Part shown: positions 8,191 through 18,232 of the stretch, one piece after another
Position numbering within the stretch: the first letter of the stretch is position 1
How the letters are laid out: every line of letters begins with the position of its first letter
Source: Campylobacterota bacterium
GTDB taxonomy: Bacteria > Campylobacterota > Campylobacteria > Campylobacterales > Arcobacteraceae
Length of the DNA: 27,607 nucleotides
Direction of reading: 5' to 3'
NCBI GenBank assembly: GCA_051746405.1
Contig: JBNJFB010000031.1
Coordinates: 1-27,607, forward strand
The notes under the pieces: model-generated
The model's input: the letters and a program-made list of their open reading frames with translations, nothing else
What the model was told of the DNA's origin: nothing
Databases searched by the model: none
Made by a program: the position numbers and the translations under genes

Positions 8191-9155
8191 TACTTTTGTT
8201 TTCTTAAATCCTCTTCTTCTAAAACATCAGGTCTTATCTGTTCTAAATACTCCACAGGTAACTTTCCTGTAATAACTCCAGGAATATAACCTTTTACAGA
8301 TACAAAATATGAATAGATTGTTTCAAATGTAAAAAATGAAATTATTGCACTTCCCATAAAATGTATAAACAGAAGAAGTCTTTTAATCTGTATTGTCTCT
8401 GCATGGTTTGATGCATCTGGGAACATCCACCATATTACAAATCCACTAAGAACTAAAAGTGAACCAAATGCAACATACATATAGTAGTTAATTCTATCCA
8501 TATGCTTATATTTCCCTCTTAAAAAAATCTTATTCCATATTTTCACGCTTGGTCTTGCAAAATATTTATGGTCCTTAAATGCAATTATTGTCATAATCGC
8601 CCATACAGGAATCCATCCAACACCTGCTATTTCATGTGTTGCTCTCATAAATCTTGCAAGTTCTCCACCACCTGTTAAGTTCCCAAATGTAATAGAAAAA
8701 CCTGTAATAAACAGATAAATCATTATTATAATATTTAATAAAATAACTACTCTTTGAAAAACTGAGTATACCTGTACTTTATCTTGTGCTCTTGTTATCT
8801 TAGCTTGTTTCCTACCTTTTGCTACTATAAACATAGTCAGAAAAATAAAAAACTCAACTACAAAAACAATTGGTAATAGATGTTGTCTCTCTTCAAATGC
8901 CCTAACAACTTCAGGAGCCATTGCATTATAATCAGGACCAAATAGTGCAACTTCCATTTGCTCATATCTTGTTAGTGATTCAAAAGGAACAACCTGTCCT
9001 GTAAAATTTCCTTGAGCCATTTGCAATAAAAAATTATATACATAACTAATATCTGCAATTGTTGCTAACCAAAAATACCAATATGTCAATAGTATGAATA
9101 AAAAGCCCACAATAAAGTAGGCTTTATATTCACTAAGAAAACTTCTATCTTCCAT
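8190..9155 (-). CDS. fdhC: Formate dehydrogenase membrane (cytochrome b / gamma) subunit, atypical with only two canonical His ligands
   Basis: Follows fdhB. FdnI-like 4-TM core (FQR..ITG; R.TH...G; GKY....R..Y; IH...) plus an N-terminal extension. Start at ATG 9155 (MEDRS, 321 aa) overlaps the fdhB end. Confidence 0.85.
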   Translation of the reverse strand: MEDRSFLSEYKAYFIVGFLFILLTYWYFWLATIADISYVYNFLLQMAQGNFTGQVVPFESLTRYEQMEVALFGPDYNAMAPEVVRAFEERQHLLPIVFVVEFFIFLTMFIVAKGRKQAKITRAQDKVQVYSVFQRVVILLNIIIMIYLFITGFSITFGNLTGGGELARFMRATHEIAGVGWIPVWAIMTIIAFKDHKYFARPSVKIWNKIFLRGKYKHMDRINYYMYVAFGSLLVLSGFVIWWMFPDASNHAETIQIKRLLLFIHFMGSAIISFFTFETIYSYFVSVKGYIPGVITGKLPVEYLEQIRPDVLEEEDLRKQK

Positions 9156-9759
9156 AAGCTTTATCCCATCCGTAAGGCATAGACTGTACCCCATGTCCAA
9201 ATGATAGAACTCTTTGTCTATAGATATTTGCAACTGACTCTGAATCTCCAACTAATAAAGCCTTAGTTGAACACATAGCAGCACAAACAGGAACTTTCCC
9301 CTCAGCTATTCTATTTTGACCATATAGCTCTCTTTCATGTTCACTATTTGTCTCATCAGGTCCACCTGCACACATAGTACACTTATCCATAACACCTTTT
9401 GTACCAAATGCTCCATCTTTAGGAAATTGTGGTGCTCCAAAAGGACAAGCATATAAACAGTACGAACAACCTATACATGTATCTTTATCATGTAAAACTA
9501 TTCCATCTTCTCTGATGTAAAAACAATCCACAGGACATACTTGTTCACATGGTGCATCTGTACAGTGCATACAAGCTACAGATAAAGAGAACTCTTCACC
9601 TTGTTTACCTTCATTTACTGTTATTACTTTTCTTCTAGAAATCTCTACTGGTAACTCGTGAGCTTCGGCACAAGCAACAGAACAACCATCACAATGAATA
9701 CATCTGTTTTCATCGCAATAAAATTTCATTCTTGAAAAATTAAATTCATTATTACTCAT
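9145..9759 (-). CDS. fdhB: Formate dehydrogenase iron-sulfur (beta) subunit
   Basis: Four Cys groups: CIHCDGCSVAC, CMHCTDAPCEQVCP, CIGCSYCLYACP and CTMC..PVCAAMC; GGAG RBS. Confidence 0.95.
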   Translation of the reverse strand: MSNNEFNFSRMKFYCDENRCIHCDGCSVACAEAHELPVEISRRKVITVNEGKQGEEFSLSVACMHCTDAPCEQVCPVDCFYIREDGIVLHDKDTCIGCSYCLYACPFGAPQFPKDGAFGTKGVMDKCTMCAGGPDETNSEHERELYGQNRIAEGKVPVCAAMCSTKALLVGDSESVANIYRQRVLSFGHGVQSMPYGWDKAYGR

Positions 9760-9769
9760 ATTGCTTCTC

Positions 9770-12601
9770 CTATGCTCTTTCTATTCTACAAAGACCACCT
9801 TTGGTCTCTGGTATTTGTGTAACAATGTCATAACCATAGTTAGTAACAGTATTAGCACTCTCTCCAGTTGCATAAGGCTGTGTACCCTCAGGATACTTAT
9901 GTAACAAACTCTTACCCTCTAATTCACCCGCAAAGTGAAATGGTAAAAATACCCTATCATCTGATACACTAAATGAATATTTAGCTTTAACTTTGATTTT
10001 AGTACCTTGTGGTGAATGAATCCACATTTGTGAACCATCTCTAATCCCATGTCTTCCTGCTAAATCTGGATGAATATCACAGAACATTTCAGGAGTTAAT
10101 TTTGCTAAATATTTTGATGCTCTATTTTCAATACCTGCACCATTTAAATTTACTAACCTTCCTGTTACTAAATTAATTGGGAACTCTTTTGCCCAATCTT
10201 TTGCTGTTTGTTCAGAGATATATCTAGTATCAACTCTATAATGATTTTTCTTATCTGCAAAAGTTGGATATTTTTTAACTAAATCCTGTCTTGGAGAGTG
10301 TAATGGCTCTCTATGTAATGGAATTGGGTCTGCAAATGTCCATACTTTTGCTCTTGCTTTTGCATTTCCATAAGGAGCTATTCCTCTTTCCATACACTTT
10401 TGTGCAATTATATTTGAAGTATCAACTTTCCAATTTTTACCAACTCTTTTCTTCTCATCATCAGTTAATTTAATACCTAAAACTTCTTCAATATTATCTC
10501 TTGTGATCTCAGGATAACCATCTGGATTTGCTGAACCTTTTGGCGCTGAACCTTTACCTGCTAATAAATCCTCACCATCATGCTCTAATCCAAATCTGTT
10601 TCTAAATCCCATACCACCCTCTTTTACACTTCTATTAATATTATATAAAAGTGGTGAACCTGAGTGATTTTCTGTCCAACAAGGCCATGGTAAACCATAA
10701 TACTCACCTGTCATCTCTCCATATCCTCTCATGGATACTTCATCGAACATATGCCAGTTTTGTTGATGTTTTTTAAGTCTTTTTGCGGTCCAACCTGTTA
10801 AACCAATTGTTTTAATAATTCTTGCAATTTCATCTGTTGCATCCTCTGGCCACTTGAAATCTTTTTTGTTCTCTTTAACTTTCATACCTGCTGTTAATTC
10901 ATCATAGAATCCAAGTCTTTTAGCTAATTCAAACATAATATCATGGTCAGTTTTTGACTCATACATAGGCTCAATAATCTTATCTCTCCACTGTGCACTT
11001 CTATTGGTAGCAGTTACAGAACCACTTGTTTCAAACTGAGTTGCAGCAGGTAGTATATAAACATCATCTTGTTTATCTGTTAAAATAGCACCTTCATTTA
11101 CAAATGGGTCACAAAATACTGCAATATCAAGATTATCTAATGCCTCTTTTACCTTTGTTTGCATTGAAGTTGATGTAATACCATTTGCCATAACAAACAG
11201 AGCTTTTAAGTTTGTACCTGCATTGTGAATTGCATCTTCTCCTGGATTACCACCTAAAACTCCAGCCCACCATCTAGCAAGAGTAAAACCTTTTTTATTC
11301 ATCCATGAGGGGTCTTTAAATCTCCCTTTTAACCACTCATAATCAACATTCCATGATTTTGCAAAATATTTCCATGAGCCATCACTTAGTCCATAATATC
11401 CAGGTAGAGTATGTGATAAACAACACATATCAGTAGCACCTTGTACATTATCATGACCTCTTAAGATATTTGTTCCACCACCTTCAACACCCATATTTCC
11501 AAGTGCAAGTTGAACGATTGGAGCAATTCTTGTATTAGATGAACCATTATTGTGTTGAGTTAAACCCATAGCCCATACAAGTGTTCCTGGAGTGTTTTGT
11601 GCATAATGCTTAGTAATTTGTACAATTAAATCAGCATCAACACCTGTAACATCAGCAACTCTTTGAACAGGCCAGTTTTTAGCCTCTTTTTTAATATCTT
11701 CCATACCATATACTCTATCTTCAATAAATGATTTATCTTCCCAACCATTTTCAAAGATAATATTTAACATTCCATACATAAACGGAATATCAGTACCTGG
11801 TCTAATTTGTGCAAAATAGTCTGCTTTCGCAGCTGTTTTTGTATATCTTGGATCAACAACAATTATTTTTGTATTATTTCTCTCTTTTGCTTTTAAGAAA
11901 TGTTGGAAACCTACTGGATGATTCACAGCTGGATTCGCACCAAAAATTATAATCGCTTTAGAGTTTTGAATATCACCTAAAGAGTTTGTCATAGCACCAT
12001 AACCCCATGTATTTGCCACACCGGCAACTGTTGAGCTATGTCAAATTCTAGCTTGGTGATCTATATTGTTTGTCCCAAACATTGCAGCGAATTTTCTAAA
12101 GTAGTAAGATTGCTCTGTACCAAACTTCGCTGAACCTAAAAACATTGCAGAGTCTGGACCATCAGTCTTTCTTAGAGATTCAAGCTTATTAGCAATACTA
12201 TCTAAAGCTTCATCCCAAGAAATTCTTTGCCATTTTCCACTTCTTTTAACCATTGGGTGTTTAACTCTAACTTCAGACCTAACCATATCAATCATATCAG
12301 CACCTTTACAACAGTGCCCTCCAAGTGATACAGGGTGATCTGTAGCTACTTCTTGTCTTACCCAAACACCATTTTGTACTTCTGCTATAACACCACAACC
12401 AACTGAACAAGCTGTACAGATTGATCTAACCATTTTAGAACCAGGAAAAGGATTTTTAATCTCTTCTGTGGTTGCTTTTCTAGTTGCAGTGGTACTTGCA
12501 AAAGATGACGTCACTCCAAATGCAGTGGCAACTGCAGCCATTTTCATAAATGACCTTCTACCTACTTTTGCATTTAAAGATTCATATGCGTTTACTGACA
12601 T
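9770..12601 (-). CDS. fdhA: Formate dehydrogenase catalytic (alpha) subunit, selenoprotein (943 aa, Sec187)
   Basis: Track ORFs 12041..12601 and 9770..12019 are in one frame, joined through TGA at 12043-12041: DHQARI-U-HSSTVAGVANTWGYG. Also TAT signal GRRSFMK, Fe-S motif CTACSVGC..C, and RGHDNVQG. Confidence 0.96.
12013..12043 (-). promoter_or_regulatory. Bacterial SECIS element of fdhA
   Basis: UGA-CAUAGCUCAACAG-UUGCC-GGUGU-GGCAA. The loop G22-G23-U24 is in the same register as the E. coli fdhF SECIS as I recall it. Confidence 0.85.
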
Positions 12602-12619
12602 ATGCCCCTCCTACTAAGC

Positions 12620-12832
12620 TTATTTTGCGTTCTTGTAATACTCTTCCCAAGTCGCAGTTTTTCTGTAAAGAATCTCTTTGTTTCTTGAAGTTCCTTTTAC
12701 AACACCATTATTCGTATCATCTTGAATTGATGAATTACCAGTAGCAGCCAATACACTAGATCCAGCAGCAACTGCTGCACCTGCTGTAACAATTGCAGTT
12801 TTTTTAGCGAAATTTCTTCTGCTTTGCTCCAT
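12620..12832 (-). CDS. Small formate-dehydrogenase-region TAT-signal protein
   Basis: SRRNFAKK twin-arginine motif, Ala-rich h-region, C-terminal EILYRKTATWEEYY; directly upstream of fdhA; AAGGAGG RBS. Confidence 0.85.
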   Translation of the reverse strand: MEQSRRNFAKKTAIVTAGAAVAAGSSVLAATGNSSIQDDTNNGVVKGTSRNKEILYRKTATWEEYYKNAK

Positions 12833-12868
12833 GACTGACCTCCTTATAGAAATTAAGCCCCATAAATT

Positions 12869-12915
12869 AAAGAGACTTTACAAAAGAAGCAAAACTTCTT
12901 TTATAAAACCTCTTT
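12869..12915 (-). other. 21-bp intercistronic RNA hairpin
   Basis: mRNA sense AAAGAGGUUUUAUAAAAGAAG-UUUUG-CUUCUUUUGUAAAGUCUCUUU is fully paired, including three G-U pairs. Confidence 0.7.
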
Positions 12916-12925
12916 CAAGGAAGAT

Positions 12926-13699
12926 TTAAATATCCTCCTCCACATCATAAGCTATATCTGTAGGTGTTTGTTCTTTTTTAGGACCCATAGCTTTTAGTGC
13001 TTTATTTCTTGCACGTCTCTCTTTTTCTTCTTCAGATATCTCTTCAACATTACAGCTTACATCTTTTTCAACTTTTAGCTTTTGTACTGGTTTTGAAACT
13101 TGTAGATATAATCTTTCAAACTCTATAAATGAGTGTAAAACTACCATTAGTTCTTTATAAATTGAAGCATTTTCATGCTCATAAATATCTTTAGCTATCT
13201 TATCAATAAACTCATTTAAAATTTGTTCAAAAATACAATGAACAGTATTTTCATACTCTTTTTCATCTTGTGCTATTAAATCAGATAGTTGAGCCATCAA
13301 AGTAAAAATAAATCCAACTGAGTCTTCATATTCATGAAACTTTTTCTCATTTCTTCTTAATTTTGTTTTTGCCACAAAATTAATCATCTCTACTCTTTTT
13401 TTACCTGACTCAACACCCTCATCATAAAAAGAAGCTGTAGTTCTGATATTTTTTGAAACAGGGTTATTAAAAATATCATCAAACTCTTGTAGTAGCTTTA
13501 CATTTGATGATTCATCTAATAGTTTTAGTATATTTTCTAATGCATCACCACATGATTTATCTAAAGGGTTTTGTTTTAGTAAATCAATTAAGCTAACTAA
13601 CTTTAGATAGTTTTCAATATTTTCAGGTGGCACGAAGAAGTTCGCAAAAAGGTTATAATATAAGGCTCTTGCTTTATTTATTGCTTTATTATCTTGCAT
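12926..13699 (-). CDS. TorD/DmsD-family redox enzyme maturation chaperone
   Basis: ARALYYNLFA start, TASFY and EYEDSVGFIFTLM (cf. EPEDHxxxxLxFM); located in the fdh operon. Confidence 0.85.
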   Translation of the reverse strand: MQDNKAINKARALYYNLFANFFVPPENIENYLKLVSLIDLLKQNPLDKSCGDALENILKLLDESSNVKLLQEFDDIFNNPVSKNIRTTASFYDEGVESGKKRVEMINFVAKTKLRRNEKKFHEYEDSVGFIFTLMAQLSDLIAQDEKEYENTVHCIFEQILNEFIDKIAKDIYEHENASIYKELMVVLHSFIEFERLYLQVSKPVQKLKVEKDVSCNVEEISEEEKERRARNKALKAMGPKKEQTPTDIAYDVEEDI

Positions 13700-15386
13700 C
13701 TGCTATTCCTTGTTTTTTTTGGTCATAATAGTTTTGCATCATTATTTTTGGTTTACAATCTGCACAGCAGTATAAAGATCTCTCTTTTATAGGGTCTGAT
13801 GCAAATATTGGTTTCATAACTGCTGCAATTTTTTCAATTGATTTTTTAGTAGCAAACTCTTTACCACACTCTACACAAGCAAAAAGTTCATCTTGTGCTA
13901 AGATATTCTCTTTAAACCACATTGGTTGAAGTTTAATAACATCTCTTTCAATCTCTAAACAATCACTCTCTGGACATGAAACCTCACAGTAACCACATGA
14001 AGTACATAATGATGGATTTAGTCTAAGCGTATTATCACTAGCATCTGCTTGAAGTGCATCCACATTACAAGCACCAACACAAACAAGACATAAAGTACAT
14101 TTATCTTCATTAACTTTTACATGTCCATAATGAATATGTTCACCTGTTTGAACTTCACCTAAATCATCATTTCCAACAATTTTTTGAAGTCTGTGTGAGA
14201 AAACCTCTCTTTTTTTAAGTCCCTCTTGATTGAAGTTAAAATGAGAATCTTCTACAAATGAAACCTCATCTAAAGCCTGCTTTAGTTCTTCTTCATTCAT
14301 AGCTATTATTATTGCATCTTTTCCATATCTCTTTTGATAGATGTCATTTACTATTCTAATTGCATCTCCACTTCCTTTAGAGATAAAGTCTGTATAAAAA
14401 ATAAGTTGCGAACCTGACATTTGTGCAAGTGTTAAAAACGCAGTCTCATCTAAAAACTTCTCACCCTCAATTGCAAAAGGTAAAACATCTTCTTTTAATT
14501 CAATTTGCAGGTTTTGAATATTCATTTTTTGTGGAGTGATTAAAGGGTGAGTATTTTTAAAAAATTTACTCATTTCAAATAACGCTTCTTTACTTGATGG
14601 AGCATAATCAAGTGCACCACTTGGACAAACAGATATACATCCTCCACAACCATGGCAGTCTATTTGTGAAAAGGATAGAACTTTTTTTGTATCATCTTTT
14701 GTAATAGCAACACTAGGACAAACCTCTTCACACTTAGAACAGATAACCTCTCTTCTTTCATTGTATTGACAGATAGTTTTATCATATGTAGTAAACTTTT
14801 TATAAGAGTATGAGTTGATATTCTCTCTTAATAAAGCAATAACCTCTTCTTCGCTTGACTCTTTTGGGTCAAAACATCCACTTTGTTTAAGTCCCTCTTG
14901 CTTTGCATCATACCAAACAATTTGAGAAACATTTAAAGTAACATCTTTACTTTCATCATCAACAATTACAGATAAATTTCCAATGTGACCTGAAACACTT
15001 TTTACTATATTTTCTTGTACAAAAAATAGTTCAAACTCTTTAGGGTCAATACATGATATAAACTTCTCATAATCCTCTTTGCTATTTGCTATTAGTAATA
15101 ATCGTTTTGAAACTTCTTGGGGATATGAGATATCTTGTGCATAATCATATTTAGTAGCTGCAACTTCATAAAGTTTTGATATATTTTGGATTTGTTTTGA
15201 TAAGTCATCTTTCGTATTTTTTAAATAAAAGTCAATCTCAGTTGCATTTACTTCTGCGTTAGCTTCATTTGTATTTGAAATTAAAAAATCCATATTTTTA
15301 ACTTCATCAATATTACTTGTAACTAAAATCTCTTCACTAACTGGGAAATCTAATCCTTTTGGATTATAGTATATAAATTCTTGCAT
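13689..15386 (-). CDS. Cytoplasmic multi-[4Fe-4S] (polyferredoxin-like) protein, first gene of the fdh operon
   Basis: C..ICSKCEEVCP, CHGCGGCISVCP, CTLCLVCVGACN, CTSCGYCEVSCP, plus CVEC..CCADC; no signal peptide seen. Confidence 0.85.
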   Translation of the reverse strand: MQEFIYYNPKGLDFPVSEEILVTSNIDEVKNMDFLISNTNEANAEVNATEIDFYLKNTKDDLSKQIQNISKLYEVAATKYDYAQDISYPQEVSKRLLLIANSKEDYEKFISCIDPKEFELFFVQENIVKSVSGHIGNLSVIVDDESKDVTLNVSQIVWYDAKQEGLKQSGCFDPKESSEEEVIALLRENINSYSYKKFTTYDKTICQYNERREVICSKCEEVCPSVAITKDDTKKVLSFSQIDCHGCGGCISVCPSGALDYAPSSKEALFEMSKFFKNTHPLITPQKMNIQNLQIELKEDVLPFAIEGEKFLDETAFLTLAQMSGSQLIFYTDFISKGSGDAIRIVNDIYQKRYGKDAIIIAMNEEELKQALDEVSFVEDSHFNFNQEGLKKREVFSHRLQKIVGNDDLGEVQTGEHIHYGHVKVNEDKCTLCLVCVGACNVDALQADASDNTLRLNPSLCTSCGYCEVSCPESDCLEIERDVIKLQPMWFKENILAQDELFACVECGKEFATKKSIEKIAAVMKPIFASDPIKERSLYCCADCKPKIMMQNYYDQKKQGIADAR

Positions 15387-15406
15387 AGCCTATGCCCTTA
15401 ATAAAT

Positions 15407-15424
15407 GGTAAAATATATTTTACC
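15407..15424. promoter_or_regulatory. 18-bp palindromic operator candidate, copy 1 (perfect)
   Basis: GGTAAAATATATTTTACC is its own reverse complement and recurs at 24085 and 27551. Confidence 0.7.
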
Positions 15425-15460
15425 TATTTTAGTCATAAAAGTTTTAATTAAAGCTTAAAT

Positions 15461-15478
15461 ATTAAGAAATAGTTTACC
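15461..15478 (-). promoter_or_regulatory. Degenerate copy of the GGTAAA-N6-TTTACC box
   Basis: The minus strand reads GGTAAACTATTTCTTAAT, 15/18 identical to the 24085 copy. Confidence 0.4.
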
Positions 15479-15514
15479 AATAGTTTATTAATGTTTTTTT
15501 TTGTACACTATCTT

Positions 15515-16666
15515 ATGATAAAACGTTTACCCATAATAATATTTATTTTTTTAGTCTCTTATATATATTTCAAAGATGAAGTTTTTCCTAAAGATGATTT
15601 AAAAATTGGTATATCACTTCCTAAAACTGGTATTTTAAGTAGTTGGGGTGATTCTGTACAAACAGGAATTGATGCTTACTTTAAATATGCAAATGATAAA
15701 ACTGTTTTAGAAAATAAAAAATTAAAACTTATAATTTATGATGATAAGTATGAACCTGAACTTACATATGAAAATACAAATAGATTAATATTTAATGATA
15801 AAGTTTTTGCACTTTTTGGTTTTGTGGGAACTCCAACAGTAAAAAATATCTTACCAATACTACATGATGAAGAGATTCCTTTCTTTGGTGCTTTTACAGG
15901 TGCATCTTTTTTGAGAAACTCAAACCATAATAACTTTGTAAACTTAAGAAGCTCATATAAACAAGAGATTGAGAAGATTGTGGACTACTTGTATAAAAAG
16001 AAAGATATCAAAAAAATAGCAGTCTTTTATCAAAATGATGATTATGGCGAAGAGGGTTATATCTCACTATTAAACGCTTTGGAAAAAAGAGAGTTATCTT
16101 TAGTGGCACAAGGTTCTTATAAAAGAAATACACTATCAATAGGACACGCTTTTAATGAAATAAAAGATGCAAAACCTGAAGCTATTATTATGGTTGGAGC
16201 AAATAAAGCTAATGCTTTATTTATAAAAAAAGCAAAGGCTAGTAAGGAGCTTAAAAATACAACCTTTTGTAATATTTCTTTTGGTGATGCCAATTCAATG
16301 GTACAAAATCTTACAAATTTAAATGTAACTACAAAAAATTTAATTTTTTCTCAAGTTATGCCCTATTATGAAAATGATAATATAGAAGTGATAAAAGAGT
16401 ATAAAGCTGCTATGAGAAAATACTACCCAAATAAAAAGCTAGGATTTATATCCTTAGAAGCTTTTTTGAGTTCAAAAGTTTTAGTAAATGCTATTTCTAA
16501 TATCAAAGGTGAACTAACTAGACAAAAACTACTTTATATGCTTAAAAATACCCATAATAGTCTTCTAAAAGGCATAAAAATAGATTATAAAAATTCACAG
16601 CTATTAAATGAAACATATCTTTTTGAGTATGATAAATCAAAATTTAAAGAGATAAAATGGCAATAA
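15515..16666 (+). CDS. Type I periplasmic ligand-binding protein (LivJ/Peripla_BP_6-like) with no cognate ABC genes
   Basis: N-terminal hydrophobic anchor; KIGISLPKTG, YDDKYEP, FALFGFVGTPT, RSSYKQE and AVFYQNDDYG motifs. Start at 15515 is preferred (15491 alternative). Overlaps the kinase start. Confidence 0.85.
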   Translation: MIKRLPIIIFIFLVSYIYFKDEVFPKDDLKIGISLPKTGILSSWGDSVQTGIDAYFKYANDKTVLENKKLKLIIYDDKYEPELTYENTNRLIFNDKVFALFGFVGTPTVKNILPILHDEEIPFFGAFTGASFLRNSNHNNFVNLRSSYKQEIEKIVDYLYKKKDIKKIAVFYQNDDYGEEGYISLLNALEKRELSLVAQGSYKRNTLSIGHAFNEIKDAKPEAIIMVGANKANALFIKKAKASKELKNTTFCNISFGDANSMVQNLTNLNVTTKNLIFSQVMPYYENDNIEVIKEYKAAMRKYYPNKKLGFISLEAFLSSKVLVNAISNIKGELTRQKLLYMLKNTHNSLLKGIKIDYKNSQLLNETYLFEYDKSKFKEIKWQ

Positions 16667-18231
16667 AAAAACTAGAAAAAATAACCTCTTACTTTGACAA
16701 TTTAAGTTTTAAATATAAAACATCTTTTCTTATGTTCATTATTGCAGGTGGTATGATATCTATTATATTTCTTTCACAGATTTCTACTTTTACTATCAAG
16801 CAGGATTTTGATATTTTATTTGATAAAAGAACTCAAAATCTAATGAAGTTAGAAAATATAAAAGATACTTACAATGTAAATATAAAGCACACTTTAAAAG
16901 ACTTAAAACAAAAAGAGCTAAACTCCACTCAAGCATTTCAAGTACTTAATTTAGCCTTGCAAATTATAAATAAAAACTGGAACTCTTATAAAAACAAACT
17001 AAATAATAGTGATGAGTTTTATTTGATAGGTTTTTTAAGGGAATTTTTTATAAAAGAAGAGAATTATTATGAAAATAAAGTTTTAAAAAAAAGAATAGTT
17101 GAAAATATTGATGAAAAATTCTTTAATATTAAAACTAAAATTAGTAATACTATTAATAATAACAAAAAATTTGATTATGCAAATTTAGATTTAGAGATAA
17201 ATGCAGTCTCTATTTACCTAACAAGCCTTATTAACTATGATTTATCTTTAGCTATAAATGAGAAGAGAAATACTGAAAAGATATTTAATATGATAATGTT
17301 TTTTTCTATTTTATCTATTATATTAGTTTTTCTATTTTCAATAATCTTATCTATATTTATAATAAATAACTTTAAAAAACTTCATGGAACATTAGAGCAA
17401 AAGGTTGAAGATAAAACAAAAGAGTTAATAGAACTTAACAACTATTTAGAGATAAAAGTTTCAAAAGAAGTAGCACAAAATAGAAAAAAAGATATTATCA
17501 TGTTTCAACAAGCAAGATTAGCTAGTTTAGGAGAGATGCTAAATAATATAGCACACCAGTGGAGACAACCACTTGGTTCTTTAACTATGATAATTCAAAG
17601 TTTTCAAACGAAAATGGAACATGGGAAACTAACACAAAGTTTTGTAAATAAAAAAGTAGATGATGCTATATTTTTAGCTGAAAATATGTCAAATACTTTA
17701 GATGATTTTAAAAACTTTTTTTCACCTGACAAAACAAAAGATACCTTTAGCTTAAAAAACTGTGTTTATCATACAGTTGAGCTTTCAAAATATCTTTTAG
17801 AAAAAGAAAATATCAAACTTAAACTAGAGATAAAAAAAGATATTATTATAAATACATACTACAATGAATTATCACATGTATTTTTAAATATAATATCAAA
17901 CTCAAAAGATGCTTTATGTACCAAAGAAAATAAAAATGATAGAATTATAAAAATAGTTGTCAATAAATACAAAAACAAAGCAGTTATAAACCTAATTGAT
18001 AATGGTGGAGGAATAAGTGAGGATATTATTCCTAAGATATTTGAACCGTATTACACAACAAAATATAAAAGTGCAGGTACAGGAATAGGACTTTATATGT
18101 CAAAACAGATAGTTGAAAAACATATGCAAGGTTCTATCTCATATAAAAATATTGTCCATCGAATCAATAATGATAATAGAAACTATAATTGTTCACTGTT
18201 TACTATTAAAATACCACTAAACAAGGAATAA
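16657..18231 (+). CDS. Membrane sensor histidine kinase
   Basis: Two TM segments flank a helical periplasmic domain; H-box IAHQWRQPL; N, G1 (DNGGGI), F and G2 (GTGIGLYMS) boxes. Confidence 0.95.
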   Translation: MAIKKLEKITSYFDNLSFKYKTSFLMFIIAGGMISIIFLSQISTFTIKQDFDILFDKRTQNLMKLENIKDTYNVNIKHTLKDLKQKELNSTQAFQVLNLALQIINKNWNSYKNKLNNSDEFYLIGFLREFFIKEENYYENKVLKKRIVENIDEKFFNIKTKISNTINNNKKFDYANLDLEINAVSIYLTSLINYDLSLAINEKRNTEKIFNMIMFFSILSIILVFLFSIILSIFIINNFKKLHGTLEQKVEDKTKELIELNNYLEIKVSKEVAQNRKKDIIMFQQARLASLGEMLNNIAHQWRQPLGSLTMIIQSFQTKMEHGKLTQSFVNKKVDDAIFLAENMSNTLDDFKNFFSPDKTKDTFSLKNCVYHTVELSKYLLEKENIKLKLEIKKDIIINTYYNELSHVFLNIISNSKDALCTKENKNDRIIKIVVNKYKNKAVINLIDNGGGISEDIIPKIFEPYYTTKYKSAGTGIGLYMSKQIVEKHMQGSISYKNIVHRINNDNRNYNCSLFTIKIPLNKE

Positions 18232-18232
18232 A

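Noticed and set aside
9156..9251. 32-aa N-terminal extension of FdhC in the ORF track
   Set aside because: It lies wholly inside fdhB in another frame; ATG 9155 gives a normal short overlap.
9770..12601. fdhA as a split gene or nonsense pseudogene
   Set aside because: The single TGA is in frame at the Sec ligand position and is followed by a SECIS; selD is nearby.
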